Assembly: GCA_976551045.1 (NCBI GenBank)
Contig: CDPCPM010000146.1
Location: forward strand, 1 to 64,000
Direction of reading: 5' to 3'
Source: Glaucostegus cemiculus
Lineage: Eukaryota
DNA length: 64,000 bases
Shown here: positions 49,571 to 62,619 of the stretch, piece by piece
How positions within the stretch are numbered: position 1 is the stretch's first letter
Layout of the letters: every line of letters begins with the position of its first letter
Position numbers and translations under genes: made by a program
The notes under the pieces: generated by a model
What the model saw: only the letters and a program-made list of their open reading frames with translations
Database searches by the model: none
Told to the model about the DNA's origin: nothing

Positions 49571-51094
49571 AAAGGCTGCATATCTTTTTCTGAAATTTCT
49601 GTCTTTATGCTCTTTATGGTTTGCCCATGTGACTTAATGGCAGGAAAATGGTTTGAAAAGGTAACTCGTGGAATACTAAACTTTCAGTAACCTTAGCAAG
49701 TTCCTGTGATGATTATGATGACTTGCATCAGAGCTTGGGGAATAGTTTGGCACAAAGTGCTACAAAAGATTTTATTCCCCATTTGTTTTGTTGAACTTCA
49801 AATTGAGAAACTTCTATCAAATATTTATCCTGTGTTGCCCATACTTGCACAAGGTTTTTAAAGTCAAATATGCAAATTATTGGAAAGTATTAACAAAGTG
49901 AGGAATGTTTTGACAAATTGAGAATTAATTTAAAATCACATTATTAAACCTATCTTTTTCAACTGGCAGACAAAAGCCCTATTAAGGCTAATCAGTTTGA
50001 TGATGTTAAGTAGAAAACATTAGCAAACAGTTTATAAGGTATGAATTCTATCAGGCAGTATAACATCAAATTGTCCACTTCAAAGCAGCAACTTTGCAAA
50101 TTTACATATTGAAAGAATCTAGATAAGAATACTTTGAATAATTTGCATGGGCCACTTTTGGCAGTTTATTATTACAGTAAAGGAAACGTCCTGTCAGATA
50201 AAAATTTCCTCTGATGTTTTCAATATCCATAGCCACTGATATAGGCAATTGTCTGGGGCACTTAAGGATGCTGTAACAGTATGCAGTGTATCCCTGACAT
50301 ATATTTGACATTGCTACTCTGACACGTATTGGTCATCACTAATTCCCTCCTTAAACCCCTGTGGCTCTGCGAAATTCCCTCATTAAAATTAATGAGCTGG
50401 ATTGTCTTGGACCGGGCCCACTGCCTGATTTGCCGCCCACAGTCTCTGCTGCCAGCATCTACTTTCTCCAGGTGGGGAGGGCTGAGATAGCTGACTGGCA
50501 AGCCGAAGAAATAGCAAAACCTCATGAAGCGTCTCCTGAGGCCTCACCCCTGGAACACCCCAACAGTCTTTGACAGCTCCCTGACTGTTAATGGAATTTG
50601 TCCAAGCACCTTTCAAATGTCCCTGTTAGGCAGAAACACTAACTAAAACTATCCCAATTGATCTAATTTCAAAAAAAAATTAAAATGAATTGAAAAAACT
50701 CAGTTAAGAATATTAAACTCTAGAGTAATTTAGAACATTTAAAAAGGAGTAAAATAAAGTAAATAATTCAAGAACTTAGCTGCATGTGCGTTTTTCCCAT
50801 AGTATCGGCAACTCTGTTCAAACAAATGGGTTTACCCTTGGTACACCAGGCCTCCCTGGTGTAAAGCTGAAGGGTTAAATGCAAAAGACACCAAGCCACT
50901 TTCTCAACAAAGAGAAGAACCTAAGAAGTAAAAGCAGGCTTCAGCTAGTTGGCCTCACATATTTGCTTTGCCATTCAATAAAAATCACAACTTATACTTT
51001 CGAGCTAATTTGCAACACTAACAAAAAATCCCTTGGTGTCTGTAATACTTAAGAATCTACCACTTTCTTCAACATTTTTGAGAAGGACGGGGAG

Positions 51095-51475
51095 GGGGGG
51101 AATCTCATTGAAAGCTGCCGAATATTGAAAGGTCTGGATAGAGTGGAGAGAATGTTTCCAACAGTGGCAGAGTCTGGGACCAGAGGGCACAGCTTCTGAT
51201 TAGAAGGGTGTCCCTTTAGAACAGTGATGAGGAGGAATTTCTTTAGCTAGGGGGTGAATTTGTGCAGTTCATTGCCACGGACAGCTGTGGAGGCCAAGTC
51301 ATTGGGTATATTTAAAGTGGAGGTTGATGGGTTCTTGATTAGTAAGGACGTCAAAGGTTAGGGGGAAAAGGCAGGAGAATGATGTCGAGAGGGAAAAATA
51401 AATCAGCCATGACTGAATGGTGGAGCAGGCTTGATGAGCCTAATGGCCTAATTCTGCTCCTTTGTCTTGTGGTCT
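51095..51475 (+). mobile_element. CR1 3' fragment
   Basis: LIE..ILKGLDRV..MFP....TRGHS; AATGGCCTAATTCTGCTCCT tail. Confidence 0.85.
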
Positions 51476-53200
51476 ACTCAGTGACTGAGCCTCCACAGCC
51501 TCTTTGGGTTATGAATTTCAAAGATTCTTCACCCTCTGATTTCTTCTGATCTCTCTCCCTGAATAGCTGCCACCTCATTTTGAGACTGTTACTGCTGGTT
51601 CTAGACACCCCAGAGGGGGAAATGAACACCATCTATGTCTTATCTTTCATTCTTCTACAACCAAAAGAATATGAGCCCATTCTGCTTAATCTCTCCTCAC
51701 ACGACAAATCAACCGTCCCCAGAATCAATCTGATGAATCCTTATTGTACTCATTCTACCACAAGCATATCCTTCCGTAGACAGGGAGTCCAAGCCTTTGT
51801 GCAATGTTCTGGAAGCACTCTCACCTGGGCTCAGAATGGTAGGAAGATGTCTCCACATTTGTAGTCCTTTCCCTTCCAATAACAACTGTCGTACTATTTG
51901 CCTTCCTCTTTGTCTTCCGAAGGTACACAGTAAATTTCAATGATTTGTATCCAAGGACACCTAGGTCTCTTTGAACACCAACAACTTTTCACCATTTTAA
52001 AAAAATGTACTCCGTCTTTCTCTTTTTTATACCAGTTTGGATGTTCTCACATTTTTCCACATTATATTCCATTTGGCATTCTTTTGCCTATTCACTTAGA
52101 GCCTTCAGAGCAATATGGGCCTGCAGAAGTTGTGGGGGCAGATACATCAGGGACATTTAAGAGGCTCTTAGATAGACACATGAATGAAAGAAAAATGGGG
52201 GGCTATTTGGGAGGGAAGGGTTAGATAGATCTTAGAACAGGATAAAATATCGGCACAACATTGGGCTGAAGGGCCTGTACTGTGCTATGCTATGTTCTAT
52301 GTTCCATAGACAGACTGTGCCTCTGCCTCACAGCCTACACTGGCGCCCAACTATGTATCATCAGCAAACTATATATCACACTAGATCCACTCATCCAAAT
52401 CATTGATAAATATTGTGAGCAACTGTAGCCCCAGCAACATCAAATGGTTCACCCTTATCTATTCTGCTAGTTACAGCTTCAACATATTCCATTAGATCTG
52501 TTAAGCACAATTTCTCCTTCATAAATACATGTTGACTCTACCCAACCCTATTATTGTTTTCCAAATGCATTTTTACCCCCTCCTTAATAATAAATTTCAG
52601 AATTTCCCCTACTATTGATGAGAAGCTAACTGGCCTGTAGTTCCCTGTTCTTTCTTTCCCTCTTAATTACTGGGGTCACATTGGTACCTTCCAATCTGTT
52701 GGATCTGTTCTAGAATTTGTGTTTTTTTCAGGTGAACAGTACATCTACAATATCCATAGACACCTCTTTCAAAATCCTAAGGTGTGGGTTATGAAGTGCT
52801 GGGGATTTATTCATTTTCAGTACCATTAAACTTCTCCATTATTAATTTTTTTTAACACTAATATGTTTGAGCTCCTCACTTCAGACCTTTAGACCTCCAC
52901 CACTTCTGAAAGGTTTTCTGTTTCTTCCATGAAGACAGATGCTAAATTTTAATTTTTCTGCTTTCCCCATTAAAATTTCTTCCATCTCAGTATGGGACCC
53001 ATATTGCTAATATTTTCCTTTGTGAATGTTTACTGAAGCCCTCACAGATTGATTAAGGTTCCTCACTCACCTATTCCATATTCTACTTCCCCTTTCCTAT
53101 CAATGGCTTGGTCTTCCTTTGCTAAATTATGAAGTTTTTTCAAGCTCTGAACTCTATCACCCTGTTCCTTCTTTATCTTTAACTTTTCTTGATAATCAAG
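51476..53200 (-). mobile_element. Old CR1 ORF2 with a nested + strand CR1 tail (~52110-52305)
   Basis: Reverse-strand remnants of FADDT (52354-52370), GNYRPVS (52625-52645) and KSP..D; the nested tail has GGGCTGAAGGGCCTGTAC and (CTATGTT). Confidence 0.7.
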
Positions 53201-53284
53201 ACTGGACAACATTTTACCTTTTTTTAACCTTGAAGGGATGTATTTTGTTTAGACGTTAGCCACTAATGGTTTGCTGCCGTAGAA

Positions 53285-54600
53285 TGTCAAAGATAGAACA
53301 GTACAACACAGGATCAGGGACTTTGGCCCACCATGTTTGTTCTGACCATGATGCCTGTTCAAACTTAGCCCATCTGCCTGCACTTAGTCTACATCCCTCA
53401 TCCCCTGCCTGTTCATGTGTCTGTCAAAATGCCTCTTAAATGTTGCTATCATATCTGCTTCCACCTTCTCCTCTGGCAGCGTGTTCCAGTCACCTACCAA
53501 TCTCTGTATATAAAAAAAACCTTGTCTTGCAAATCTCCTTTAAACTTTCCCCCCTCACATCAAACCTATGCCCTGCAGCGTTTGACACTTCTACTCTGGG
53601 ATAAAAACCCTATCTATGCCTCTCATAATTTTATCAACTTCTCTCAGGTCACCCCTCAGCCTCTGATGCTCCAGAGAAAACAATCAGAGTTTGTCCAACC
53701 TCTCCTTATAGCGAATACTCTGATCTAGGCAACATCTTGGTGAACCTTTTTTTTTTGCACCCTCTTCAAAGCCTCCACATCTTTCCTGTAATGTGGTGAC
53801 CAGAACTACACATGATATTCCATATGTTGCCTAACCAAAGTTTTATACAGCTGCAATGTGACTTGCTCCAGCCTATAAAGGCAAGTATGCCAACTGCTTT
53901 CTTTATCACCCTATTTACTTGTGTTGCTGCTTTCAGCGAGCTATGGACTTGCACCCCAAGATGCCTTGGAGTGCAAGTCCATGCTCCTAAGAGTCCTGAC
54001 ATTTACTGTATATTTTCCTCTTATGTTTGACTTCCCAAAGTGCAACACCTCACACTTGTCTGGGTTAAACTCCACCTGCCATTTCTTTGCCCATATTTCC
54101 AACTGATCTATATCTTCTGTACCCTTTAACAACATTCCTCTCTATCCACAACTCCACCAACTTTCATGCCATCTGCAGAGCCACTGCTCAGCCCACCTAC
54201 ATTTTCGTCCAAATCATTTAACAGAAGTCCCAACACGGATCCCTGCATAACACCATTGGTCACAGACTTCCAGTCAGAATAACACCCCTCCACCATCACC
54301 CTCTGTTTTCTATGACCAAGTCATTTTTGAATCCAATCTACCAAGTCTCCGCGGATTCCATGTTCCTTCATTTTCTGGAAGAGGCTACCATGAGGGACCT
54401 CATGGAATGCTTTACTAAAGTCTGTGTAGACAACATCCACTGTCTTATCCTCATCAATCATCCTCGTCACCTCCTCAAAAAATCTCACATTTGTAAGACA
54501 TGATCTGCCATGCTGACTATCCCTAATGAGTCCATGCTTTTCCAAATGTGAGTAAATCCTATCCCTAAGAATCTTCTCCAATAATTTCCCTACCACTGAT
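53285..54600 (-). mobile_element. CR1 ORF2 RT fragment, decayed
   Basis: SVVGKLLEKILRDRIY..DVVYTDFSKAFHEVPH; WQVEFNPDKCEVLHFG. Confidence 0.92.
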
Positions 54601-56400
54601 ATGTCCATCATATCCCGTAATGTAATTTCCCAATCTGCCATAGCCACCTCACATCACATGCCCTCACTGCTTACTTTATTTAAATTTAAGAAACTGGTTT
54701 CAGACTGAATTAAATTGCTATCATCCTATACGGAGCAATACAGCACCAATATAGGCCTGTTGTATCTGTATCCATATATAAAATTCCTTAGTATTATGAT
54801 CACACTTTCTTTAAGGATCTGGAAAACTATCTCTACACTCCATAAATTTACCCTCTGTCCTATTACCTCTAACTTGATTTACCCAATATACAATACCTCT
54901 AGATTCAAGTCCCTTATGATTACCCTTGTTACATGTATCATTAATTTTTAGATTTATACCATGCCTTACACTATTATATAATTTCCATTGATGTGTTCTA
55001 CCCCTTGCAATTTCCTAGCTCTATTCTAACTGATTCTACTTGATTTTCTAAGCTAAGATCCTTCCTCTCTCCTGCCTTTCTCCCTTAACTTTAAAATCAG
55101 TGCTTTTCCATCTCCTTTTACATTTTACTTGTCCCTTCTAAATTTAAGATCCCAGAATATTTAATTCCCAACTTTGTTGGACATCTTTGTGGTGATAATT
55201 GGATCATACTGATTTATTTCAGTTAGTACCATAATACACTTGCCTTGTTACAAATGCACAGATATTGAGATAAAGAACCATAGATTTTTCCCTTTTGCCA
55301 TTTTTCTCTGCTCTGCTCCTAATTGGAAGGATACTCTTATATTTATCTGCTCTGTCCCTTCCTGTCACATTCAGATTATAATTATCCTTTATGCTATCCT
55401 GCAGTCTCACTTTGTCTTATCTGTTTAACTTTCTAAACCTCCCTCCTCCCCACCATCCCACCTTCAGCCCCAGCCCCAGCCCCAGCCCCAGCCCCAGCTA
55501 TTGTTTAAAGCCTATTCTACAAACCTACAGCCTCAGTTATTTGATTTTTCAGGGTAAATCGAATAACGGAGGTCTCAGCCCAATTCAAATAAGAACATTA
55601 CACCTTTTCCCCAGTACTGTCACTACTGCTTCAGGAATTAAATAACCAATATTTGAGGCAAAGAATCTGATCATATTCACTTTGTCCCAGTTTCCATGGG
55701 ACTTGCATAGTAATCCAGAAATTATTACCTTAATAGATCTGCTTTTTAACTTGGACCCTTGGTACCCATATTCCTTCACTGGAACCTCCTTCTCTACCCT
55801 ATCTATGTCATTGATTCCCACATCTTTCTCCTCCCACTCCAAGTTCCTCTCCAACCTCAAGATGCCCTTAACTGTGGCACCAGACAAGAAACACAGCCTT
55901 TGGAACTCACAACTGCAACTGAGGAGAACATAGCTACCCACCTAACTATACTGACTCTGTTACCACTACATTCCTCTTCACTCTCGCAGCTTTAACGGAC
56001 CCCTGTATCATGGTGCTGTGGTCATTTTGTTCATCCTCCATGCAGTCTCTGCTTTCATCCACATGGGTTGCAAGAACCTCATGCTTATTGGTAAAGTGCA
56101 TGGGCTGATGCTCCTGCAACTACCTTCTGGATCCACTTACCTGTCTCACTCCTGGTCATGCTCTCCTGTCCCTCTTGATTGACCAATTGTATAGAGACTG
56201 TCTCAAGGAACAGTGTACAGATAGCTTTTGCCCCTCCCTGACAGATCACTACTCCAAGTCCTCGACTCCTTCAGCTATTTCCTCAAGCCACTTGTTGCCA
56301 AAGATCCCAGCAGTTTCCATTAGCCCCCAAATACTACAGCCTAACACGTCATCTACCGCACCATACTTGATTTGGAGTAATTAATTAGTCCGTTCTGTCT
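54600..56400 (-). mobile_element. Decayed CR1 5' region: ORF1 SGNH-esterase and start of the ORF2 APE endonuclease
   Basis: ORF 55585-55941 CFLSGATVKGI..VGINDI..KLKSRSIKVIISGLL (CR1 ORF1 esterase). MVLYLNI at ~55280 resembles the ORF2 start LYLNARS. Confidence 0.7.
55465..55498. repeat. (CAGCCC)n hexamer microsatellite
   Basis: About 5.5 units; (GGGGCT)n on the minus strand. Confidence 0.95.
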
Positions 56401-57429
56401 CCTCCATTGCATGGGCTGAGGCTCTTGCCACAACTTCTTGACCCTCACTCACAGTCCTTTTTAAAGAAGCATCTAGCCGAGTACTTGACTCACCAAGGCA
56501 TAGAAGGCTATAGGTATAAGGCGGGTAGATGGGATTAGTGTCGATAGGTACAACAGGCAGCATGGATACGGTGGGCCAAGAGAACTATTTCTGTGAGGTA
56601 GAGCTTTGACTGTATGACTCTCAATGACGACTTCATCGTTGAGTCAATGGTGAATTGACTGACGGAACAGAGAATCAGATGCACTGGCATCTGACCTTCA
56701 GGATGTCTGTAAGATCTGCTTTGGACCGTGTGTGTGAACATCTGAGACTTCCTGAGGTCTGAACAGCTGACAGCTGTCATTTCCCTTCAAAGCCACTGGC
56801 AATCAGTCAGCACAATTTGGGCCATAAATCTGCATGTAGTTGCAGATTCTGGTCACTGGACGTCAGCATGGAGCAGATTTAGGCACTGGCAATTTTTTTG
56901 TTAAGTAAATCTATTGAACTTCTGCCTTTCTTAAACGTGGTACCTAAATCTTTCACCCTCTCTCGTAAACCTGGATGTGGAATTAAATATGGAGAAAAGG
57001 TGCTACAACGAAGTCTCCTGATCCTATTCATCAACAGTAAGCTGAATGGGCTCTCCTGTAGCAGCTACCTGCTCCAATGAGCCTGAAGTACCAGCACGTG
57101 ACAATCATATTCCTTCTCTTCCTACACTAAAGAAGAACTATTTGGCTGTTTTCATGTCGCCTTACAAAGGGGACATCTTTGACGTTCTTCAGGGCAGTGT
57201 TCTGGGCCCAAACATCTAAAGTTGCTTCATCATTGACCTTTCCTCCATCACGTTTGTTGATGATTGCACAGAATTCAGTCCTCGGATAATAAAGCAGTTT
57301 GTGACTATGTTCAGCAAACCTAGACAACATCCAGGCTGAAGATGATAAACAGCGAGTACAGGCCATTCCCTAGGTTACAAACGGCCAACTTATTTGAACG
57401 AGCTCCCATAATATTAATAAATTTAAAAG

Positions 57430-57702
57430 TCCAACATAAAGGGCACAGGCTTAAGGTGAGGGGGGACCTGAGGGGCAGGTTTTTCACCCAGAGGGTGGGT
57501 ATATGGAACAAACTACCAGGGGAAGTGGTACAGGTGGGTACGATTACAATATTTAAAAAGTATTTGAATAGATACATGGATAGGAAAGGTGTAGAGGGAT
57601 ATGGGCCAAATGCAGCCATTTGGGATTAGCTTAGATGAGCATCTTGGTAGGCATGGACAATTTGGGCCAAAGAGCCTGTTTCCATGCTGTATATAACTCT
57701 AT
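57430..57702 (+). mobile_element. CR1 3' fragment
   Basis: KGHRLKVRGDLRGRFFTQRVGIWNKLPGEVV..YMDRKG. Confidence 0.88.
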
Positions 57703-57742
57703 GAATGTACATTTGTTCCTACAAATGATGGAACTGATTTCC

Positions 57743-57755
57743 CCTCTCTCTCTCA

Positions 57756-57814
<59 letters not shown>

Positions 57815-57815
57815 C
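57743..57815. repeat. (CT)n microsatellite
   Basis: Direct observation. Confidence 0.97.
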
Positions 57816-57914
57816 ACTTTTAGTAACTGTTCAATCTTATCAGCCTTATGTGCTTTTGATGCCATTCATTACAATACTATGGAGATGTGGTTACTGTACC
57901 AAGTGATTTTTGAG

Positions 57915-57994
57915 TATGTTCCAATTTATGGACAAATCCGACTTATGGACACCTGTGAAGACAGAACCCATTCATTACCCAGGGACAGTCTGTA
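57915..57994. mobile_element. Tc1/mariner (pogo/Tigger-like) MITE terminus
   Basis: TTATGGACAAATCCGACTTATGGACA..GAACCCATTCATTACCCAGGGACAGTCTG|TA: Tigger-type TIR ending in CTG followed by a TA target. Confidence 0.55.
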
Positions 57995-58159
57995 ACAATC
58001 ATTCTACCTAAACGTCAGGCAAAGCCCATTTCCAAGAAGGGTAAGTCTCACCATCTCCCTTTGCCACTCCCATGCATCATTTGTCATTGAATACCTCACC
58101 TAGTGGACACCATTAACTAAAGACTTGACTGGACCAGAGAAATAGAGCATCTTATAATA

Positions 58160-58470
58160 CATAGAAAGAGACCATTCAGCCCATCAATTTCATGCTGGTT
58201 CCCATTCCCCCTCTCTGTATTTCCCTGAGTCTCTGCAACTTATTCATTCTCATATATGTCCATCACCTTCCTTTTGATTCTTGCCATTAGTCTACACTAG
58301 GGGTAGATTACAGTAAGCAAGTGACCTACTGGCACATCTTCGGGATGAGCACCCTGAGCAAACACATTAACTCACAGACAGAACATGCAAACTGTACAGA
58401 TAGTACCCGAGGCCAGGATGGAACCCAGGTCCTTGAAGCTGTGTGGCAACAACACTACCTGCTACACTAC
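58160..58470 (-). mobile_element. Old diverged V-SINE
   Basis: Reverse strand GGGTTCCATCCTGGCCTCGGGTACTATCTGTACAGTTTGCATGTTCT; CR1-type tail. Confidence 0.6.
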
Positions 58471-58861
58471 CAATTCACCATAGATACAGTATAGCATCTA
58501 TGGCTGGGTATTCTGCAGCAAATAACTCACCTCCTGAAGCCACTGAATTCAAAACACAAGTCAGGAGTAGTCTGAAATCCTCAGCATTGGCCTGGATGTT
58601 TGTAAACCCAACAACACTGACTAAGCACTTCTTTTATAGTAGTGGGGGATTTTAACTTTCCCAGTATGGACTGGAATTGCTTAGGGCCAGGGCTTAGATG
58701 GGGTGGCATTCATCAAGTGTGTCCAAGATAGTTTTTTCAGACAACATGTAGGTAATCCTATCGAGAAAGGGTCAATACCTTACTTCATCTCAGGAAATGA
58801 AACCAGGCAGACGATGGAAGTGTCAGTTGGGGAACACTTTGGAAACAGTGACCACAACTCT

Positions 58862-59130
58862 GGGCGGCACGATAGCGTAGCGGTTAGCACGACGCTGTTG
58901 CGGCACCAGCGATCGGGGTTCAATTCCCGTCACTGACTGCAAGGAGTTTGTACGTTCTTTCGTGTCTGCGTGGGTTTCCTCCGGGTGCTCTGGTTTCCTC
59001 CCACATTCTAAAGACGTACGGGTAAGTTAATTTGGGGGTTTAAAATGGGCGGCGTGGACTTGTTGGGCCAAAAGGGCCTGTTACCACGCTGTAAATAAAA
59101 TTAAAAAAATAAAATTAAAAAAAATTTAAA
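58862..59130 (+). mobile_element. HE1-like V-SINE family A
   Basis: Near-identical to the 13575 and 60552 copies. Confidence 0.92.
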
Positions 59131-59175
59131 TTTATTAACTATGGAAAGGGATAATGCTGGTCCACAAGTTAAGGT

Positions 59176-59492
59176 TCATTATTATTATTGGTTTATTGAA
59201 ACATGTACCTAGATACAATGAAAAACATTTGTTTGCGTACCATCCAGGAGGATCATGCCATACATTAGTACATCGAGGTAGTAAAAAGAAAACTGAATGT
59301 ACTGGTGTGCTTCCTTGGCTGTAACATCTACTTTGCTGGACCAGGACAAATTACTAGTGATATTTACATTTGGAAACTTGAAGCTCTCAACCATCTCCAC
59401 CTCATCACCACTGATACAGACCAGGGCGTGTGCTCTGCCCCACTTCCTGAAGTCAATGACCAGCCCCTTCATTTTACTGACATTGAGGGAGA
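59176..59492 (-). mobile_element. Rex1/Babar internally deleted fragment
   Basis: LVIDFRKWG..VEMVESFKF..AHQ joined directly to the 3'UTR and AATAAACCAATAAT tail. Confidence 0.8.
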
Positions 59493-60551
59493 GTCCTAAC
59501 TGGGAGGGAAAGCTGATGTTGATAGTGCGGGAAAGGAGCTGGAGAAAGTAGGTAGGGAGCGGATACTTGCGGGTAAAACAATGTCTAACAAAAATTGGAG
59601 ACTTTTAAAAGAGAGTTAGCAAGAGGTCAAACCTGGCACGTTCTGGTAAGAGTGAAAGGAAAAGATGGCATGATTAGACGACAAAGGTTATTATTGATCA
59701 TTTCATCAGGAAGAAAAGTAAGTATATAAGAGGTATAGGCAACTACAATCAAGTAAGTCCCTAGAAGAATATAGAGGGTGTAAGAGAGTACTTAAGAAGG
59801 ACATTAGGAGGGCAAAAAGAGATCACAGGTGATCCCTGCTGCCCTTTCTAAATAAAGGTGAAACATTAGTTATCCTCAGGGTTTCTGGCACTCCAGCTGT
59901 GGCTAATGAAGATACAGATATCTCTGTCATGGCCCCTGCAATCTCTTCCATTGGGCACATAGTATAATGACTGGAAAGCTCCCTCAGCAAGATTACTTCT
60001 GAGGCAATAAATACAAAAATCTACCACGTTGCCTGAGGGGACAAATTTTGCAAGACACTTTGATGCTAAGGAGACACTGAGGAGGACAAGATGAGGTCTT
60101 GAGCTGCAATGTCAGTTTAGCCTGCCTCCAACACAGGACTCCATCTTAGTAAAGAAGATCAAGCACGCGCTAGAAATAGCCGTGAGGACTGTTAAATGGC
60201 TGCTCAACATCTAAGTTGTCTGTGAGTGCTCATTAAAGAGTCCATGGAGCATTTTGGTAGCTGGCAATTCATTTAGCAGCCGTTCTTAACAGTAACCAGC
60301 TGAGCAAGAGTAATGGCTGAGGATTTCCAGAGCTAGCTAAAGCCATGTACAGCTTTTACTGTTCACTTGCTGCTGGAGGTTTTATCCTGGATATTCTCAA
60401 GGAGTCAGCTGAAGACCAGTGGTAACTGATTGGAGATCTTGTGGGGGCCATCAGGATACTGGATCATGAGGGTCTTCCTGGGGTACTGAGTGACTTGGTA
60501 ACGGGAAGGAAGGAAGAGATGAGACCAGGCAGATCAACACCAACTGCTTTA

Positions 60552-60810
60552 GGGCGGCACGATAGCGTCGCGGATAGCGCAACGCTGTTACAGCGCTAGC
60601 GATCGGGGTTCAATTCCCGTCACTGACTGTAAGGAGTTTGTATGTTCTCCCGTGTCTGCTTGGGTTTCCTCCGGGTGCTCCAGTTTCCTCCGACATTCTA
60701 AAGACGTACTGGTAGGTTAATTTGGGGGTTCAAAATGAGCGGCGAGGACTCGTTGGGCCGAAAGGGCCTGTTACCACGCTGTAAATAAAATTTAAAAATT
60801 TTAAAAATTT
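60552..60810 (+). mobile_element. HE1-like V-SINE family A
   Basis: Full head, V-domain and CR1-type tail. Confidence 0.92.
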
Positions 60811-62619
60811 AGAAGGAGAGGAGGAGTGGAGGCCAAGTGGATTTCCTCCACTCTTCAAGGTTTACGGCATCCTCTGCACTCTCCCACCAGGAGTCCTGTG
60901 CCCAAGATCCGAAATACCTCCTCCCTTGGTCCAATTAAGAACCAGTCAGTGCACCCAACACCTATAGATGAAATAGGTGTGTGGAAGCTAAGTATACTGT
61001 TCCAGGAAAATTAATTTTTATTGATACTGTGTGCTAAAATGCCCACTTTATTTTTAAATCAGGGCATTTAGCAATTAGGTCCAAGTTTGAGGATCCAATC
61101 CAAACCTTTCAACAATTTATTGCCACCGTACCCACAGAACACCTGTTTTACCCCTTTCTCCAACCTCTTCCTCCTGCAACTTGCCTCCCCAGACCCAATT
61201 TTAACTCATCAAGCAGGTGGGCCACATATCGGGTGGCCGCCTGACCCAGCCATGGTGGTGTGAGACCTGGCTAATCTTACTTATCAGGCTTAATCTGCAC
61301 GGGTCGCATTATTTTTGACACCCAAATCGGACAGGAGCTGACAGCAGAAACAAAAAGAGAAAATTCCTTACCTGGGCGCTGAAGAAGCTCTTCCCAGAAC
61401 CTGGAGAGGAAGTAGTCACAGCTGGGGAAACTGCGGGCGGGGGTCCTAACTGTCCTTCCGTGTCTTGGTGCTGCCCTTCTGCTTTGGGTCCCCACAAAGA
61501 TGTTGCAAATAGCTAAAGGGTTTCCCACTTGGAGTCTCCTACCTTTCTGTCTGCAGTGCGGAAAAGTTACAAAGGTCTCCCCAGTACAGCAGCTGCCAAC
61601 GATGAACAACGACCATAATATGTACGATCGAAAACATAGTCCAAAGGCTCCCTCTCACCTGCTTAGGGCAAGGAATGAAATGCAGGTTGAGCATGTGGTG
61701 TTCATAGGTGGGCTCTATGGGAGATCTTAACCGCTTGTCTTTCCGCCCGCTTTCTGTCAAGTTTTCCTTTTAGCAAGTCCGGATTTCCTGAGGCTCAGAT
61801 ACTGACTGTCTGCTGAGTTTCTGAGCTGCGTTGGAGTGCCTTGATTATAATCTGTCAATGAATGATGGCCATTCCCGCTCATCTTATAGCCAGTTGGCCA
61901 GAAACGCTTCCTATCAGAAATGTGATCCAGCAGGCATTTTCCAGCCAGTCTCATCCTGGCAGCTCTCCAGGAGGCTGATTTTGCCCTGACAAAATAGACT
62001 AAGGTCAAGAATTGCTGGGATAAAAATCAACCAAAAAGAAAATAAGATTAAGCGTGTGTGACAGTGTGCCAATACATCTTCACCAATTTTACACAGTGCT
62101 GAAGATGACTTTCACCCCTTCCCTAATTGTTAATCGGCAAGAAAATCGACTTTGCTAAGCAGCCCATGGAAGATTTTTTTTTAACCATTTCCTACTGCTT
62201 TTGCAGAGGGAATCAGCAACTCTTGAACAGCAACAGGGAACACAACCCATGCTGGGCCAAGGCTGGTGGCTCCTGTTTTATTTACAAGAACTCTATATTA
62301 TAACCGCAGAGGTTTATAGCAAAAGTTCCAAGTGCTCTTTGTGGCAGCCCCTTAAAATAGTCTATGATAGCCCCTTACTGGCCTAATTATCATTAACAAG
62401 TTGCCACAGGTATGTAACAGATTGTATTATGCATTTAACTTGTTCATGGATAGTTCCACATTCTTTCTCCCCTTAAGTAACATCCTGAAGGCCATAGTAG
62501 TTCACAATATCCTGAGAGTCTTCTTTTGGCTATTGGTGTAGCCACAGTGCTCCCCATGATGTCCTTCTCATGGTGGCAGGCAGAACGACTGCAAATATTT
62601 TTTGTGCTAACTTGTGTTT

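Larger units (their letters stand above)
58620..59830 (+). mobile_element. Decayed CR1 endonuclease/tether region hosting a SINE and a Rex1
   Basis: VGDFNFP..FIKCVQDSFF..VSVGEHFGNSDHNS..LKKDIRRAKR. Confidence 0.75.

Noticed and set aside
60030-61990. Possible Harbinger-like element with GGG..CCC ends
   Set aside because: The putative termini match poorly and no TSD or coding remnant supports it.
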